Assembly (NCBI GenBank): GCA_041690135.1
Contig: JAWLHY010000003.1
Coordinates: 128,001 to 192,000, forward strand
Reading direction: 5' to 3'
DNA length: 64,000 bases
DNA from: Armatimonadota bacterium
GTDB lineage: Bacteria; Armatimonadota; SYMT01
The notes under the pieces were generated by a model, which ran no database searches, was not told where the DNA came from, and saw nothing but the letters and a program-made list of their open reading frames with translations. A program made the position numbers and the translations under genes. Each line of letters starts with the position of its first letter. Within the stretch, counting starts at the first letter, position 1. Of the stretch, positions 28,923-38,356 are shown in pieces.

Positions 28923-30350
28923 ATGGGCGAATTTCGCATCAGATTCGAGCAACGGTTCGCGTTTGCAGTCCGGCTTTCCCACGTGTTTGAAAGAGACCGC
29001 CGCCGGACTAACTGCCGACTACCCCGATTGGCCGGCGTAGGTCTGCTGGCGGGTACCGCCGTGGGCGGGTTGTTCCTGGTGGGGTGCGCGGCGCAGGCGC
29101 AGGGCGGCCCTGTCATCATCGGACAACTCCTGACCGGAAAGGCCGCGTTAGGGGACTGGACGACCGACGCGCCCGGCGTGCGGCGCAAGATCACGTCGGC
29201 GGACCTGCCGCCGCCCTACGACACCCTGGCCGTGGACAACGGTCCCAAGATCATCCCACGCCCGGCCAATGCCTGGCCGCAAGTTCCCGCGGGGTTCAAG
29301 GCCGAGGAATTTGCCACCGGCCTGACCAACCCGCGGGTGGTGGTGACCGCGCCCAACGGCGACCTGTTCATTGCCGAGAGCCAGGCCAACCGGATCCGCG
29401 TACTGCGCGACGCGGACGGGGACGGCAAGCCGGAGGTCAACCGCATCTACGCGCAGGGGCTCACCCTACCGTTTGGGATCGCCTTCTACCCGCCGGGCAA
29501 TAACCCCCGGTACCTCTATGTCGGCAATACGAACTCGGTGGTTCGTTTCCCGTACCGCGGCGGCGACCTGCAGGCTCCCGGCGCGCCGGAGATGATCGTG
29601 CCGGACATCCCGGGCCACGGCCGGCTCCGCGGCGGCGGGCACTGGACTCGCGACCTCGCCTTCAGCCGCGATGGGAAGCGGTTGTTCGTCTCCGTCGGCT
29701 CCCTCTCCAACGTGACCGACGACGCGAAGGAAGAGCGGCGGGCCTCCATCCTCTCCTATAACCCGGACGGCACCGGCTACAAGCTGTACGCCTCCGGCAT
29801 TCGCAACCCCGTGGGGCTGGCGATCCATCCGCAGACCGGCGACCTCTGGACCTCCGTTAACGAGCGAGACGGCCTGGGCGACCACCTGGTGCCGGATTAC
29901 GTGACGCGGGTGAAGGAAGGCGGCTTCTACGGCTGGCCGTGGTACTACATTGGGCCCAACCAGGACCCGCGCCACGCCGGCAAGCGACCGGAGCTGCGCG
30001 ACCAGGTGATCGTGCCGGACGTGCTGCTGCAGTCCCACTCCGCCTCGCTCGACATGACCTTTTACACGGGCAACCAGTTCCCGGCCGAGTACCGCAACCA
30101 CGCCTTCGCCGCGGAGCACGGCTCCTGGAACCGGGCTCGCCGCACCGGCTATAAGGTGGTCCGCATCCCGGTGGAGAAGGGCAAGGCGACCGGCGAGTAT
30201 GAGGACTTCATGACCGGGTTCGTCACCCGCGAGGGGAACGTGTGGGGCCGGCCGGTCGGCGTGGCGGTCGCAAAGGACGGCTCGCTGATGGTGACCGACG
30301 ACGGTTCCGGCACGGTGTGGCGGGTGAGCTACACGCGCAAGGGACGATAA
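28923..30350 (+). CDS. Glucose/sorbosone dehydrogenase family beta-propeller
   Basis: GLTNPR, GHWTR, SVGS, GIRNPVG, NERDGLGD, HGSWNR, GRPVGV; start uncertain. Confidence 0.9.
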   Translation: MGEFRIRFEQRFAFAVRLSHVFERDRRRTNCRLPRLAGVGLLAGTAVGGLFLVGCAAQAQGGPVIIGQLLTGKAALGDWTTDAPGVRRKITSADLPPPYDTLAVDNGPKIIPRPANAWPQVPAGFKAEEFATGLTNPRVVVTAPNGDLFIAESQANRIRVLRDADGDGKPEVNRIYAQGLTLPFGIAFYPPGNNPRYLYVGNTNSVVRFPYRGGDLQAPGAPEMIVPDIPGHGRLRGGGHWTRDLAFSRDGKRLFVSVGSLSNVTDDAKEERRASILSYNPDGTGYKLYASGIRNPVGLAIHPQTGDLWTSVNERDGLGDHLVPDYVTRVKEGGFYGWPWYYIGPNQDPRHAGKRPELRDQVIVPDVLLQSHSASLDMTFYTGNQFPAEYRNHAFAAEHGSWNRARRTGYKVVRIPVEKGKATGEYEDFMTGFVTREGNVWGRPVGVAVAKDGSLMVTDDGSGTVWRVSYTRKGR

Positions 30351-30624
30351 ATCTCCCGCCCCTGAACGAGCCTCCGCCACCGGCTGAAACCCGGGTGCGT
30401 GCTCCGTGGGCGCTAGGTCCGTGTTCATAGCGGCGTTAGAGCAATCCGGACCTGTGCCTGGGCATTGCGTGGGCCGTTGGATACCCCCGGCGCATCGACG
30501 GTATCTGTGGAAGATGGTGCCCGCCGCCTGGGAAAGTGAGCAACTGCGGTCTTCGGGGAAACCGAGGTGTGCTGCCGCTGTGTTCCGATTCTTGCCTGCC
30601 TGTATGACGAGTGAGAGGGCAACA

Positions 30625-31410
30625 ATGCGCAAGGGAATCTGCTGGGGGAGCTTGCCGGGGGACTGGAGCGTCGAGGAGAAGCTGGAGCTGGCGGCGCGGG
30701 CCGGCTACCACGGGGTGGAGGTCTGCACGATCGAAGACCCCTCGGAGCGGGAGCGGGTCCGCGCGGCGGCGGGGCAGTTGGGGCTGGAGCTGCCGAGTGT
30801 GATGGCAACCGGTCACTGGAAGTACCCGCTCTCCAGCGGCGACGAGGCGACCCGGCAGGAGGGCCTCCGCAACATCCGCGAGAGCGTGGACACGGCGGTG
30901 GCGGTGGGGGCTTCGGTGGTCCTGGTGGTGCCGGCCGTGATCACCGAGACGCAGCCCTACGATGCGGCCTACGCGCTGAGCCTGAAGAGCCTGCGGGAAC
31001 TGGCCCCCTACGCGGCGGAACGGAATATCCGTCTGGGGGTGGAGAACGTGTGGAACCGGTTCCTGCTCACCCCGCGCGAGATGCGGCTTTATCTGGAAGA
31101 ACTCGACGCACCCAACGTGGGGCTCTACTTCGACTGCGGCAACATCCTCAACTACGGCTCCCCCCAGGCGTGGATCCGCGCCCTGGGGGACCGGATCCTC
31201 AAGGTCCACGTGAAAGACTTCGACCTGCCGACCCGCCAGTGGCGGTACCTGCTACAGGGCAGCGTGAACTGGCCGGAGATCCGCGCCGCCCTCCGCGAAG
31301 TGGGCTATGACGACTACCTCACCGTGGAACTGCCGCTCTACCCCACCTACCCGGACCAGATGGTCCTCGACAGCAGCCGCCACCTGGACCGCATCATCGC
31401 GGGAGTGTGA
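30625..31410 (+). CDS. Sugar-phosphate isomerase/epimerase (TIM barrel)
   Basis: GVENVWN, YFDCGN, HVKDF, TVE metal ligands. Confidence 0.88.
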   Translation: MRKGICWGSLPGDWSVEEKLELAARAGYHGVEVCTIEDPSERERVRAAAGQLGLELPSVMATGHWKYPLSSGDEATRQEGLRNIRESVDTAVAVGASVVLVVPAVITETQPYDAAYALSLKSLRELAPYAAERNIRLGVENVWNRFLLTPREMRLYLEELDAPNVGLYFDCGNILNYGSPQAWIRALGDRILKVHVKDFDLPTRQWRYLLQGSVNWPEIRAALREVGYDDYLTVELPLYPTYPDQMVLDSSRHLDRIIAGV

Positions 31411-31507
31411 ACGGGGGTGCATCTTCGGGGCTTCCCAGCCAATATCTGGGTTCGGGGGCCGTGCCGGCTCGGACCGCGAGCGACCCTGCTTCCCCCACCC
31501 TCGACTG

Positions 31508-33499
31508 ATGAAAACCCATCGCACTCCCTATACTCTCGTCGCCCTCCTCACCCTGCTGGGGGGTTCCTTGCTTTCGACCGCCGGCGCCGCGGCGGCCGGG
31601 TTGGCCGGCCCAATGTGGACGGCCCGCCACAGCGCCCCGGCCGGCCTGAACGACGGCTTCGACGTGGTGGTCGATGCCGCGGGCAACTGCTTTGCCGTCG
31701 GGCGGGCCGCGACCAACCGTCAGACGGGCGAGACCGATATGGTCATCGTCAAATACAGCCCGACCGGCCAGCGGTTGTGGTCCCGCGTGTACGACACGCC
31801 GGGCGACTCGCTGGCGGATATCCACGCCGCACTGCACGGCAGCAGCCAACTGGCGGTGACCGCCTCATTCCGGACAGACCTTACCAGCCGCGACATCCTG
31901 GTCGCGCGGTTCGACGCGTCCGGAAGGCTGGTATGGGAGGCGACCTATAATGGCCAGAACAACGGCAACGAGATCCCCACGGCCCTGGCCGTGGATGCCT
32001 CGGGCAGCGTCTACGTCGCCAGTACCGCGGAGACGCTCGGGGTGTTTTCGACCGACATCCTCACCCTGAAGTTGGCGGCGAACACCGGGGAATTGCTGTG
32101 GCAGACCCGCTTCGTCGGGGTCCCCGCGGATAGCCACGAGGCCACGGCGATCGCCGTCAGCCCCACGGGTGGCGTTTTCGTGACGGGCCGGACCTTCTTC
32201 GAAGAGGAGCCGGGTGACTACCTGACGCTCCGGTACGCCGCGGCGAGCGGGGCTGAGGTGTGGTCCGCCACCTACAACGGTCCCGGGGACGGGCGGGACG
32301 GCGCCACCGCTCTCGTCCTCACACCCACGGGCAATGTGTGCGTGACGGGGAGCTCCGTAGGGGCGGACGATACGGCCGACTACGCGACCCTGCTCTACAG
32401 CCCGGCCGGTGGCGACCCGCTGTGGGTGTCCCGGTACAGCGGACCCGCGCGGGGAAACGATGATGCGATCGCGGTCGCCGTCGACAGTCAGGGCAACGTC
32501 TACGTTACCGGGGCCTCTGCCGGGAACCTGGGCCAGGCACGCGACTTTGCCACCGTGAAGTATGCCGCCGGCAACGGCGCCCACCTTTGGGCCGCGCGAT
32601 ACGACGGTCCCGGCGGCGAGGATGAAGCGAACGGGATCTTCGACCGGCCGGTGGCGATCCGCGTGGATGCGGACGGCAACGCCACCGTGACCGGGAGTGT
32701 CGTTACCGGGAGCCTGCGCCACGACATCGGCACGGCCCGGTACAGCGCTACCGGGCAGCGGCAGTGGCTGCACCTGTTCGACACCCGCAACCTGGAGGAC
32801 GTCGCCGCGGCACTGCGGTTAGACGGCGCGGGCAACGCGCTGGTAGTCGGCACCTCCGCCGCCAGCAACTTCTCCGGCGACCGCACCCTCCTCACCCTCA
32901 AGTACCACCCGACCGGCTTCCGTTCCGGCGAGCCGCCCGCACCGACCCTGGTCTTCACCGAAAGCAGCAGCGACCGCCTGCTCCGCCGCCGGGACCAGGG
33001 GACGGTGATCTACGAGGAAGTGACGACCCACACGTTCCGGATCAGTTCCGGAGCCACCCTGTCGGAAGCGGAGATCGCCGGCTTCAACACCGCCACTCCC
33101 TTCTCGCTCTCCGTGGCCGGCTTCCAGTTCGACGGCCTGCTGGGCGACGACCCGCGCTACCGGCCGGGGAAAACGAGCGCCACGTTCACGGAGAGTGCAC
33201 CGGACGGCAGCGGCCGCACGCGCAAGACGCTGACGGTCACCGTCAACTGGGCCCAGGGCAAGCTCAAGATCACGATCACGGGCACGCCCGTGTATGCCGG
33301 CGACCTGCTGGCTTCCGGCTACCAGGACACTCCCACCGGCCGGATCACCGACAGCACCCCTGCTACCGTGTCCCTGGGAGATTACACCCAGGAGTTTGAG
33401 GTGGCCGTGACCGGTAAAGTGACCACCCGAGAAGTCCGCGATGGGGAGTTCTCGCTCTCTACCGTGAAGCTTTCGGGGAAGGGAACGGCGGTGGAGTAG
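31508..33499 (+). CDS. Secreted beta-propeller (SBBP-type repeat) protein with unknown C-terminal beta domain
   Basis: Signal peptide; repeated AVAVDxxGNVYVTG...D(Y/F)ATVKY...G..LW units. Confidence 0.82.
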   Translation: MKTHRTPYTLVALLTLLGGSLLSTAGAAAAGLAGPMWTARHSAPAGLNDGFDVVVDAAGNCFAVGRAATNRQTGETDMVIVKYSPTGQRLWSRVYDTPGDSLADIHAALHGSSQLAVTASFRTDLTSRDILVARFDASGRLVWEATYNGQNNGNEIPTALAVDASGSVYVASTAETLGVFSTDILTLKLAANTGELLWQTRFVGVPADSHEATAIAVSPTGGVFVTGRTFFEEEPGDYLTLRYAAASGAEVWSATYNGPGDGRDGATALVLTPTGNVCVTGSSVGADDTADYATLLYSPAGGDPLWVSRYSGPARGNDDAIAVAVDSQGNVYVTGASAGNLGQARDFATVKYAAGNGAHLWAARYDGPGGEDEANGIFDRPVAIRVDADGNATVTGSVVTGSLRHDIGTARYSATGQRQWLHLFDTRNLEDVAAALRLDGAGNALVVGTSAASNFSGDRTLLTLKYHPTGFRSGEPPAPTLVFTESSSDRLLRRRDQGTVIYEEVTTHTFRISSGATLSEAEIAGFNTATPFSLSVAGFQFDGLLGDDPRYRPGKTSATFTESAPDGSGRTRKTLTVTVNWAQGKLKITITGTPVYAGDLLASGYQDTPTGRITDSTPATVSLGDYTQEFEVAVTGKVTTREVRDGEFSLSTVKLSGKGTAVE

Positions 33500-33504
33500 G
33501 CAGG

Positions 33505-33532
33505 AGGCAGTGGGCAGTGGGCAGTGGGCAGT
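33505..33532. repeat. GGCAGTG heptamer tandem repeat
   Basis: GGCAGTG-GGCAGTG-GGCAGTG-GGCAGTG directly after the CDS stop. Confidence 0.7.
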
Positions 33533-33545
33533 GCTGCCGCGGGGG

Positions 33546-33583
33546 AAAAGGCGCGGGAGGGGCAACTCTCCCGCGCCTTTTTT
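33546..33583. terminator. Bidirectional intrinsic terminator
   Basis: AAAAGGCGCGGGAG-loop-CTCCCGCGCCTTTTTT between convergent genes. Confidence 0.88.
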
Positions 33584-33590
33584 CGTGGGA

Positions 33591-34004
33591 TCAGGCCGTT
33601 GCTTCGGCGGCATCCTTCATGGTCCCGGCGAGAACGCCGTAGACGACCACCCAGGCTTCTTCCACCTCTGGCGTGAAGGCATCGCCCAGACCCTGGCCCA
33701 GGGTCCAGAGCAGCGCGGCGCCGACGGTGTCGTAATCCTCGTTCTTCACGCCGTACGCCACGTGCCGCTTCCCCAACGCCTGCACGGCGGGCACCACCTC
33801 GTCCAGCTTGTCGAGACTGCGCACAGCGAACGTAATGGTGTTCATCAGCACCTTCCGCTGTTCCGCCATGTCGGGCTTGAAGAGGGGCCGGAGCTTGGGG
33901 TCCAACTCGAACAGCTTCTCGTAGAACAGTTTGGCGGCGGTATCGGCAATGGGAACGACCTGTTCCCAGGTGGTCTGTACCAGGGTCTTCTGGGTGGGAG
34001 TCAT
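33591..34004 (-). CDS. Single-domain globin (flavohemoglobin-like globin domain)
   Basis: FYEKLFELDP..RPLF (B10 Tyr, CD1 Phe), EQRK, LGKRHVAYGV (proximal His), YDTVGAALL. Confidence 0.93.
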   Translation of the reverse strand: MTPTQKTLVQTTWEQVVPIADTAAKLFYEKLFELDPKLRPLFKPDMAEQRKVLMNTITFAVRSLDKLDEVVPAVQALGKRHVAYGVKNEDYDTVGAALLWTLGQGLGDAFTPEVEEAWVVVYGVLAGTMKDAAEATA

Positions 34005-34217
34005 AGTTTACTTCAGATTCGTGGGTCGGGGACCGATTTGCGGTCCGGATCGATCGGCCGGGGGCCTGAGGAGATTATCGGGAGAGCCGGCTATCCGCCA
34101 AGAGGACTGCGGATCACCACGCCACCCATCCCGTCGCCCCACTGGCAGTCGGTGCGGAGACTGTCCCGAAGCCCATTCTGACAGGTAACACACGCGGGCG
34201 CAAGCGCCTCGACTGGT

Positions 34218-35894
34218 TCAGAACTTCTGGGTTACTTCGAGGTAACCGAGCAGCCCCGTGCTGCCGCCGCCATAAATGCGGTCGATAACGTCGCCGCCCC
34301 AGGCATACCCGAGGTAGCCGGAGAAGGTCGTGTTCTTACGCCACTGGTAATCCGCGCTCAGATCCACCAGCGTTGCCAGGCTGCGCTTGCCGCGGGAAGG
34401 TCGACCGCCGTAGCCGAAGGTGGGCCGCTGGAATGCCCCGCCGCCGAGGTACCAGAGATCGCTGTCGTCCGCGAGCCAGAGGCCGTGCACGTCACCGCGC
34501 AGCGTCAGCTTGGGGTGCGGCTTGACGATCACCTGGGCGAAAGCGTCGTTCAGGTTGGCGAGCGTGAAGAAGGGGAACCGGGCATAGATGCGCGGCGTGG
34601 GGAGGATCGGGAAGAACGTCTCATGCGAGCCGTCTCCCGGATCCTTATCGCCGCTGGCGTGGAAGAACCCGGCGCGGATCCACGGGTTCCAAACCGTGCC
34701 CTTCGGCTGGAACCCTAACTCCGCGGCGCCCGAGAAGGCGCTGTGGGAGAGGGAGCCGAAACCACCCACCTGCCCCGCAGCCCAGAGCAGGGCGTCCACC
34801 TTCCCCGTGGGCATCTCCCACAGGCCGATTGCGTGGCCCCCAAAGGTGCCGATGCTCACCTCCTGGGTATCGGCACGGCGCTCCGGCAGGGGACGGTTGT
34901 CCGTCTTCACCACGCCCTCCCGGTCGTCCAGGTAGTAGATTCCGAAGAGCCGTCCCTCCCCCTGGAACCCCTTCCACCGGTAGGCACGGGTGACGGAGGC
35001 GTAGCCCACCTTGATGTCGTCGAGCGTGGTCCCGCCATCGAGGTCGAACACCCCTTCCGTGGGCATGCCCGCGAACAGCGTAACGTTTTGATCGGGGGAG
35101 GTGTGCACGTACTGCCCGCCGTCGAAGCTCCGGCCCACGTGCGTGAACCCGAAGGTGCCGATCAGCCGGTGCGCGATGCGTTCTCGCTTTAGCCAGGCGA
35201 GGGAGGGGTCCTTCGGCATCACCTCTGCACCCTCGACGAACTCGAAGCGCCCGAGCCGCGCGTTGCTGCCGGGACCGGTGACCCCCTTCACCCGCCAGTA
35301 GGCCTGCTTTACGAAAAGGCTGGCTTCCTGGGACGTGTTGGCATCCCGGTAGGAGGGTCCCTGTCCCAACTGACCGAGGGGTCCCGGAAGAGTTGCGTCC
35401 GTGGGCAGGTTCAGAAGGGTCGGCTGCGCCAGTTCCAGGGCCAACTCGTGTTTCGGCGTGAGGTAAGTGGCGCCCACCCGGAGCAGCGAGCCAGTGTACG
35501 TGTAACGGCCCTCCGGCTGCGGGCCGAACCAGTCCCAGTACTCCTGGCGGACCCGCAGGCTGCCGCCCAGGATCAGTTGACGCTTCGGCGGGGGAGCCGG
35601 AGCCGGGGCGGTCGTGCGGGCCGCCGTGGGCGGCGCGCCGGCGGCAAGCATTCCCGGAGCGGTGGACGCCGGTGTGGTGGCTGTTTGCGCGACGGCTGCC
35701 GGTGCGGCGGGATCCGGCGAGGTGGCCGCCGGCGCCGCGGGAGGCATGCTGTCGGCCGCGCCGGCCGTGCTGGGGTGCAAACCCACCACGGCCAGCAGCA
35801 GGGCCGCGGCTCCGCGCCAGCTAATCGCCCCATGGTCCGGAATTGCAAGGTCCGTACACACGTCCCTACCGGCTCGATCGTTGCCTGAGTTCAT
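34218..35894 (-). CDS. Alginate-export-family outer-membrane beta-barrel
   Basis: Signal plus Ala/Pro linker, RLIGTFGFTHVGRSFDG, ASGDKDP.DG..ETFF, C-terminal YLEVTQKF; start approximate. Confidence 0.8.
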   Translation of the reverse strand: MNSGNDRAGRDVCTDLAIPDHGAISWRGAAALLLAVVGLHPSTAGAADSMPPAAPAATSPDPAAPAAVAQTATTPASTAPGMLAAGAPPTAARTTAPAPAPPPKRQLILGGSLRVRQEYWDWFGPQPEGRYTYTGSLLRVGATYLTPKHELALELAQPTLLNLPTDATLPGPLGQLGQGPSYRDANTSQEASLFVKQAYWRVKGVTGPGSNARLGRFEFVEGAEVMPKDPSLAWLKRERIAHRLIGTFGFTHVGRSFDGGQYVHTSPDQNVTLFAGMPTEGVFDLDGGTTLDDIKVGYASVTRAYRWKGFQGEGRLFGIYYLDDREGVVKTDNRPLPERRADTQEVSIGTFGGHAIGLWEMPTGKVDALLWAAGQVGGFGSLSHSAFSGAAELGFQPKGTVWNPWIRAGFFHASGDKDPGDGSHETFFPILPTPRIYARFPFFTLANLNDAFAQVIVKPHPKLTLRGDVHGLWLADDSDLWYLGGGAFQRPTFGYGGRPSRGKRSLATLVDLSADYQWRKNTTFSGYLGYAWGGDVIDRIYGGGSTGLLGYLEVTQKF

Positions 35895-35929
35895 TGGGTT
35901 CCTCTTTTTCCGGTCCTTGGCGCTGAGAC

Positions 35930-35974
35930 AAAAGAGGGGCCGCGGGCACGCGCTGTGCGCTGCCGCCGCCCCTC
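35930..35974 (-). terminator. Intrinsic terminator-like hairpin in the 5' leader of the barrel gene
   Basis: Minus strand GAGGGGCGGCGGCAGCGC-ACA-GCGCGTGCCCGCGGCCCCTC-TTTT, about 35 nt upstream of ATG 35894. Confidence 0.55.
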
Positions 35975-36123
35975 CACCCTCGGAAGGAATTCTCTGTTCA
36001 GTTCGTTTGCCGGCTTCCCTGCCGAGCGCGCCGGAGCAGCCCGGCAAGTGAAGGGTAACCTGGGAGTATTACCGGAGAGTATCCTGAAGATGAAGAGTGT
36101 GTTACGGCCCTTTTTACAATAAG

Positions 36124-36268
36124 GCGCGACCCTGAACGGTCTCGCTCTGGAACAACACGCTGCCCACACCCACACCCGCAAGCGCCACCACACCCACTCC
36201 GTGGGTACCCGGGTGCCCGGCCCGAGCGTAAACACCCCCTCGGGGCGCAAGCCTCCGTGGGCGCCCGG
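36124..36268. repeat. Structured dispersed element, copy 2, with internal partial duplication
   Basis: Aligns to 12719-12796 with an insertion of about 66 bp. Confidence 0.8.
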
Positions 36269-36406
36269 TTTGGGTTCCAAGTGGCGGCCCATGTCACCTA
36301 ACCCGGACCCGCCACTTTCCCTCTCCCTCCATTCCTCCGCTCTCGCGGCTATATTCCATGCGGCAGGGGCCGACCGGTACGAGGACCGCTACAGGAGAGA
36401 AGAAGG

Positions 36407-36760
36407 ATGTATTTCACGCCGCGCATGCTTCAAGGCGTCTTTCCCTTCGAAGGGCAGGGGCTCGACCGCCCCCAGCCGCTGGCCGACCGCATGAGTTACG
36501 TGGTGCCCGAGGGAAGCCGGACCCAGTTGGTCTACTTCCGCGCCGGGAATTCCGCTCCGGAGTTGGTTTGCGCCACCCTGCTGCGCGACGGGGAGCCGAT
36601 GCGCCTGTTTCCGGTGGGCGCCCGGAACGACTGCCATATCTCCCTGGCGGTGATCGAGGACCTCCTCCCGGGAACCCGGCTGGAAGTGGTGCTCGCGGCC
36701 CCCGCAGGGGTACGCGGCGAGTTCGTGGTGGATGTGGGCCTGGTCGAGACGATGGACTGA
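36407..36760 (+). CDS. Small protein of the family often labelled 'molybdopterin oxidoreductase' and found beside assimilatory nitrate reductase genes
   Basis: LQGVFPFEGQGL...YFRAGNS..EL...RDGEPMRLFPVGA...LAVIEDL...VDVGLVE; family recognised from memory; SD upstream. Confidence 0.7.
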   Translation: MYFTPRMLQGVFPFEGQGLDRPQPLADRMSYVVPEGSRTQLVYFRAGNSAPELVCATLLRDGEPMRLFPVGARNDCHISLAVIEDLLPGTRLEVVLAAPAGVRGEFVVDVGLVETMD

Positions 36761-36770
36761 AGCAGCGATC

Positions 36771-38159
36771 GTGGATCCCGACTTTCGCCTGATGCTGGAA
36801 ACCCTGGCCGACGCCGTGGTCGCCGCCGACCGCGCCGGTCGCATCGTGTACGCCAACCCCGCGGCGGAGAAGCTGCTCGATTGGCCGCGCGGGGCGCTGG
36901 CCGGGCAACCGGTGACGGCGATCATCCCGGCCCATCTGCGCGCGCGCCACACCGCCGGTTTCAACCGGTACCGCGCCACCTGGGCGCCTCGGGTGCTGGG
37001 ACGGGCAATCCGGGTGGCCGCGGCGCGGAAAGGTGGGGCGGAACTGCGGATTGAGCTGACCCTGACCGCATACCGGGGCGGCGGGGGAAATGAGCTTTAC
37101 CTGGCCTCTCTCCGCCCCCTATCCCGCCAGCCTCAGACCGAAAGCCATCCCACCCCCACGCGCCCGCTGGGCGAGGATCCGCTCGGGGCGCTGTTGCCCC
37201 TCCTGAAGGAAGCCTTCGAGCCGGAGCACGTAGCGCGCCGGACGGTGGAAGCGCTGGCCGTGCATTTCCAGGCCACCTGCGCCCAGTTGTGGCTGCTGGA
37301 CCCGGAGACCGGAGACCTGCGGCTGCTGCGCCCTTCACTCGAGCTCGCCGGGCTGGAACGCCCGCCGGCGGCGATCTCCGTGGAAGGCGACCCGGGGCTC
37401 CTGGCCGAAGCCGCACGCACTCGCCAGCCGCAGCTCCGGCGGGAAAACCTGGCGGCGCTCACCCTCTGGGCCGGGCAGTGCGGCGTACCGGGATTGGAAG
37501 CGGTGCAAGCACTCCCCCTGGTCCAGGGAGGCGCGTTGCTGGGGGTGCTGGTGCACGGAGGGGCGGCACCGCTCCCAGAGGACCTCGTGCGCTCGCTGGC
37601 GGTTTACGCTTCCCTGGTGGCAGGAGCGCTTCAGGCGCTCCACAGCGCTGCCTTGACCACGCGGCAACAAACCGCCCTCGCGCAGGTAGAGGCTCTCCGG
37701 GAATGCAATCGTGCCATCGCCATGGGTGCGGCCGGCCCTCCCCTGCTGCAAGACCTGGTTCGCCGGGCGGTGGAGCTCACCGGGATGGATGGTAGCCTGC
37801 TGTTCCGCCCCGAGGATCAGGGATGGACGGTCGCGGCGAGCTGGGGGTACCGGCCCCCGTTGGAAGGGATGCCGGTCCCCGACGACGAGGCGATCCTGGC
37901 GGCTGTCCTGACCGGCCGCCGGCCCTGGCGTAGCGAGGCCTACGCGTCCGCGGCGGGAGCGCTTCCGGCGCTGCGCCAGCGTGGCATCCGCGCTGTAGTG
38001 GCGGCACCTTGCATCGTGCGGGGCATGATTGCCGGTGTGCTGGCGCTCGAGTCGCGGAAGGCGGGCCGCCACCTTATGGAAGAGGACGAGACTCGCGCGA
38101 CGGCCTTTGCGGAACAGATCGCCGTGGTACTGGAAATCGAACGGCTACGCGCATCCTGA
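36771..38159 (+). CDS. PAS-GAF-GAF protein without output domain
   Basis: FixL-like PAS (YANPAAEKL...IIPAHLRARH...RK.G...IELTL), two GAF-like segments, ends ERLRAS*. Confidence 0.75.
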   Translation: MDPDFRLMLETLADAVVAADRAGRIVYANPAAEKLLDWPRGALAGQPVTAIIPAHLRARHTAGFNRYRATWAPRVLGRAIRVAAARKGGAELRIELTLTAYRGGGGNELYLASLRPLSRQPQTESHPTPTRPLGEDPLGALLPLLKEAFEPEHVARRTVEALAVHFQATCAQLWLLDPETGDLRLLRPSLELAGLERPPAAISVEGDPGLLAEAARTRQPQLRRENLAALTLWAGQCGVPGLEAVQALPLVQGGALLGVLVHGGAAPLPEDLVRSLAVYASLVAGALQALHSAALTTRQQTALAQVEALRECNRAIAMGAAGPPLLQDLVRRAVELTGMDGSLLFRPEDQGWTVAASWGYRPPLEGMPVPDDEAILAAVLTGRRPWRSEAYASAAGALPALRQRGIRAVVAAPCIVRGMIAGVLALESRKAGRHLMEEDETRATAFAEQIAVVLEIERLRAS

Positions 38160-38263
38160 ACCCGGTGGAGTACGCCTGCTCCCATGAGAAGGCGAATAGC
38201 CCCTCCCGGACGAGGTATTTACTAGCAAACGGACTTTAGATCTTGCAGGGATTACCTAAAATA

Positions 38264-38341
38264 GTACAGGGAACAAATTCCCTGTACGGAGGTCGAAGCC
38301 TCGTCCGGTGTCTCGCGGGACATCCGGGCGGGGCCTTTTTT
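38264..38341 (+). ncRNA. Candidate small RNA (two hairpins plus U-tract)
   Basis: TTTAGA-16-TAAAAT promoter-like motif (38235-38262), perfect 10-bp hairpin 38264-38287, terminator 38298-38341, in a convergent gap. Confidence 0.4.
38298..38341 (+). terminator. Intrinsic terminator
   Basis: GCCTCGTCCGGTGTC...GACATCCGGGCGGGGC followed by T6. Confidence 0.75.
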
Positions 38342-38356
38342 ATGGGGTGACCCGGG

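Noticed and set aside
36005-36030. Cobalamin riboswitch fragment (AGGGAAGCCGG on the minus strand)
   Set aside because: No downstream CCCGC-ACTGT or B12-box elements
36124-36280. Moco riboswitch, suggested by ACC..ACGGT and GCCTCCGT upstream of a Mo-enzyme-associated gene
   Set aside because: Lacks the GCCUCCCGU...GGAAAGG 3' signature, and the second copy at 12719 has no plus-strand gene downstream; needs Infernal to exclude fully
38157-38240. Stop readthrough or frameshift extending PAS-GAF-GAF into an output domain
   Set aside because: Downstream frames close quickly and show no kinase or cyclase motifs
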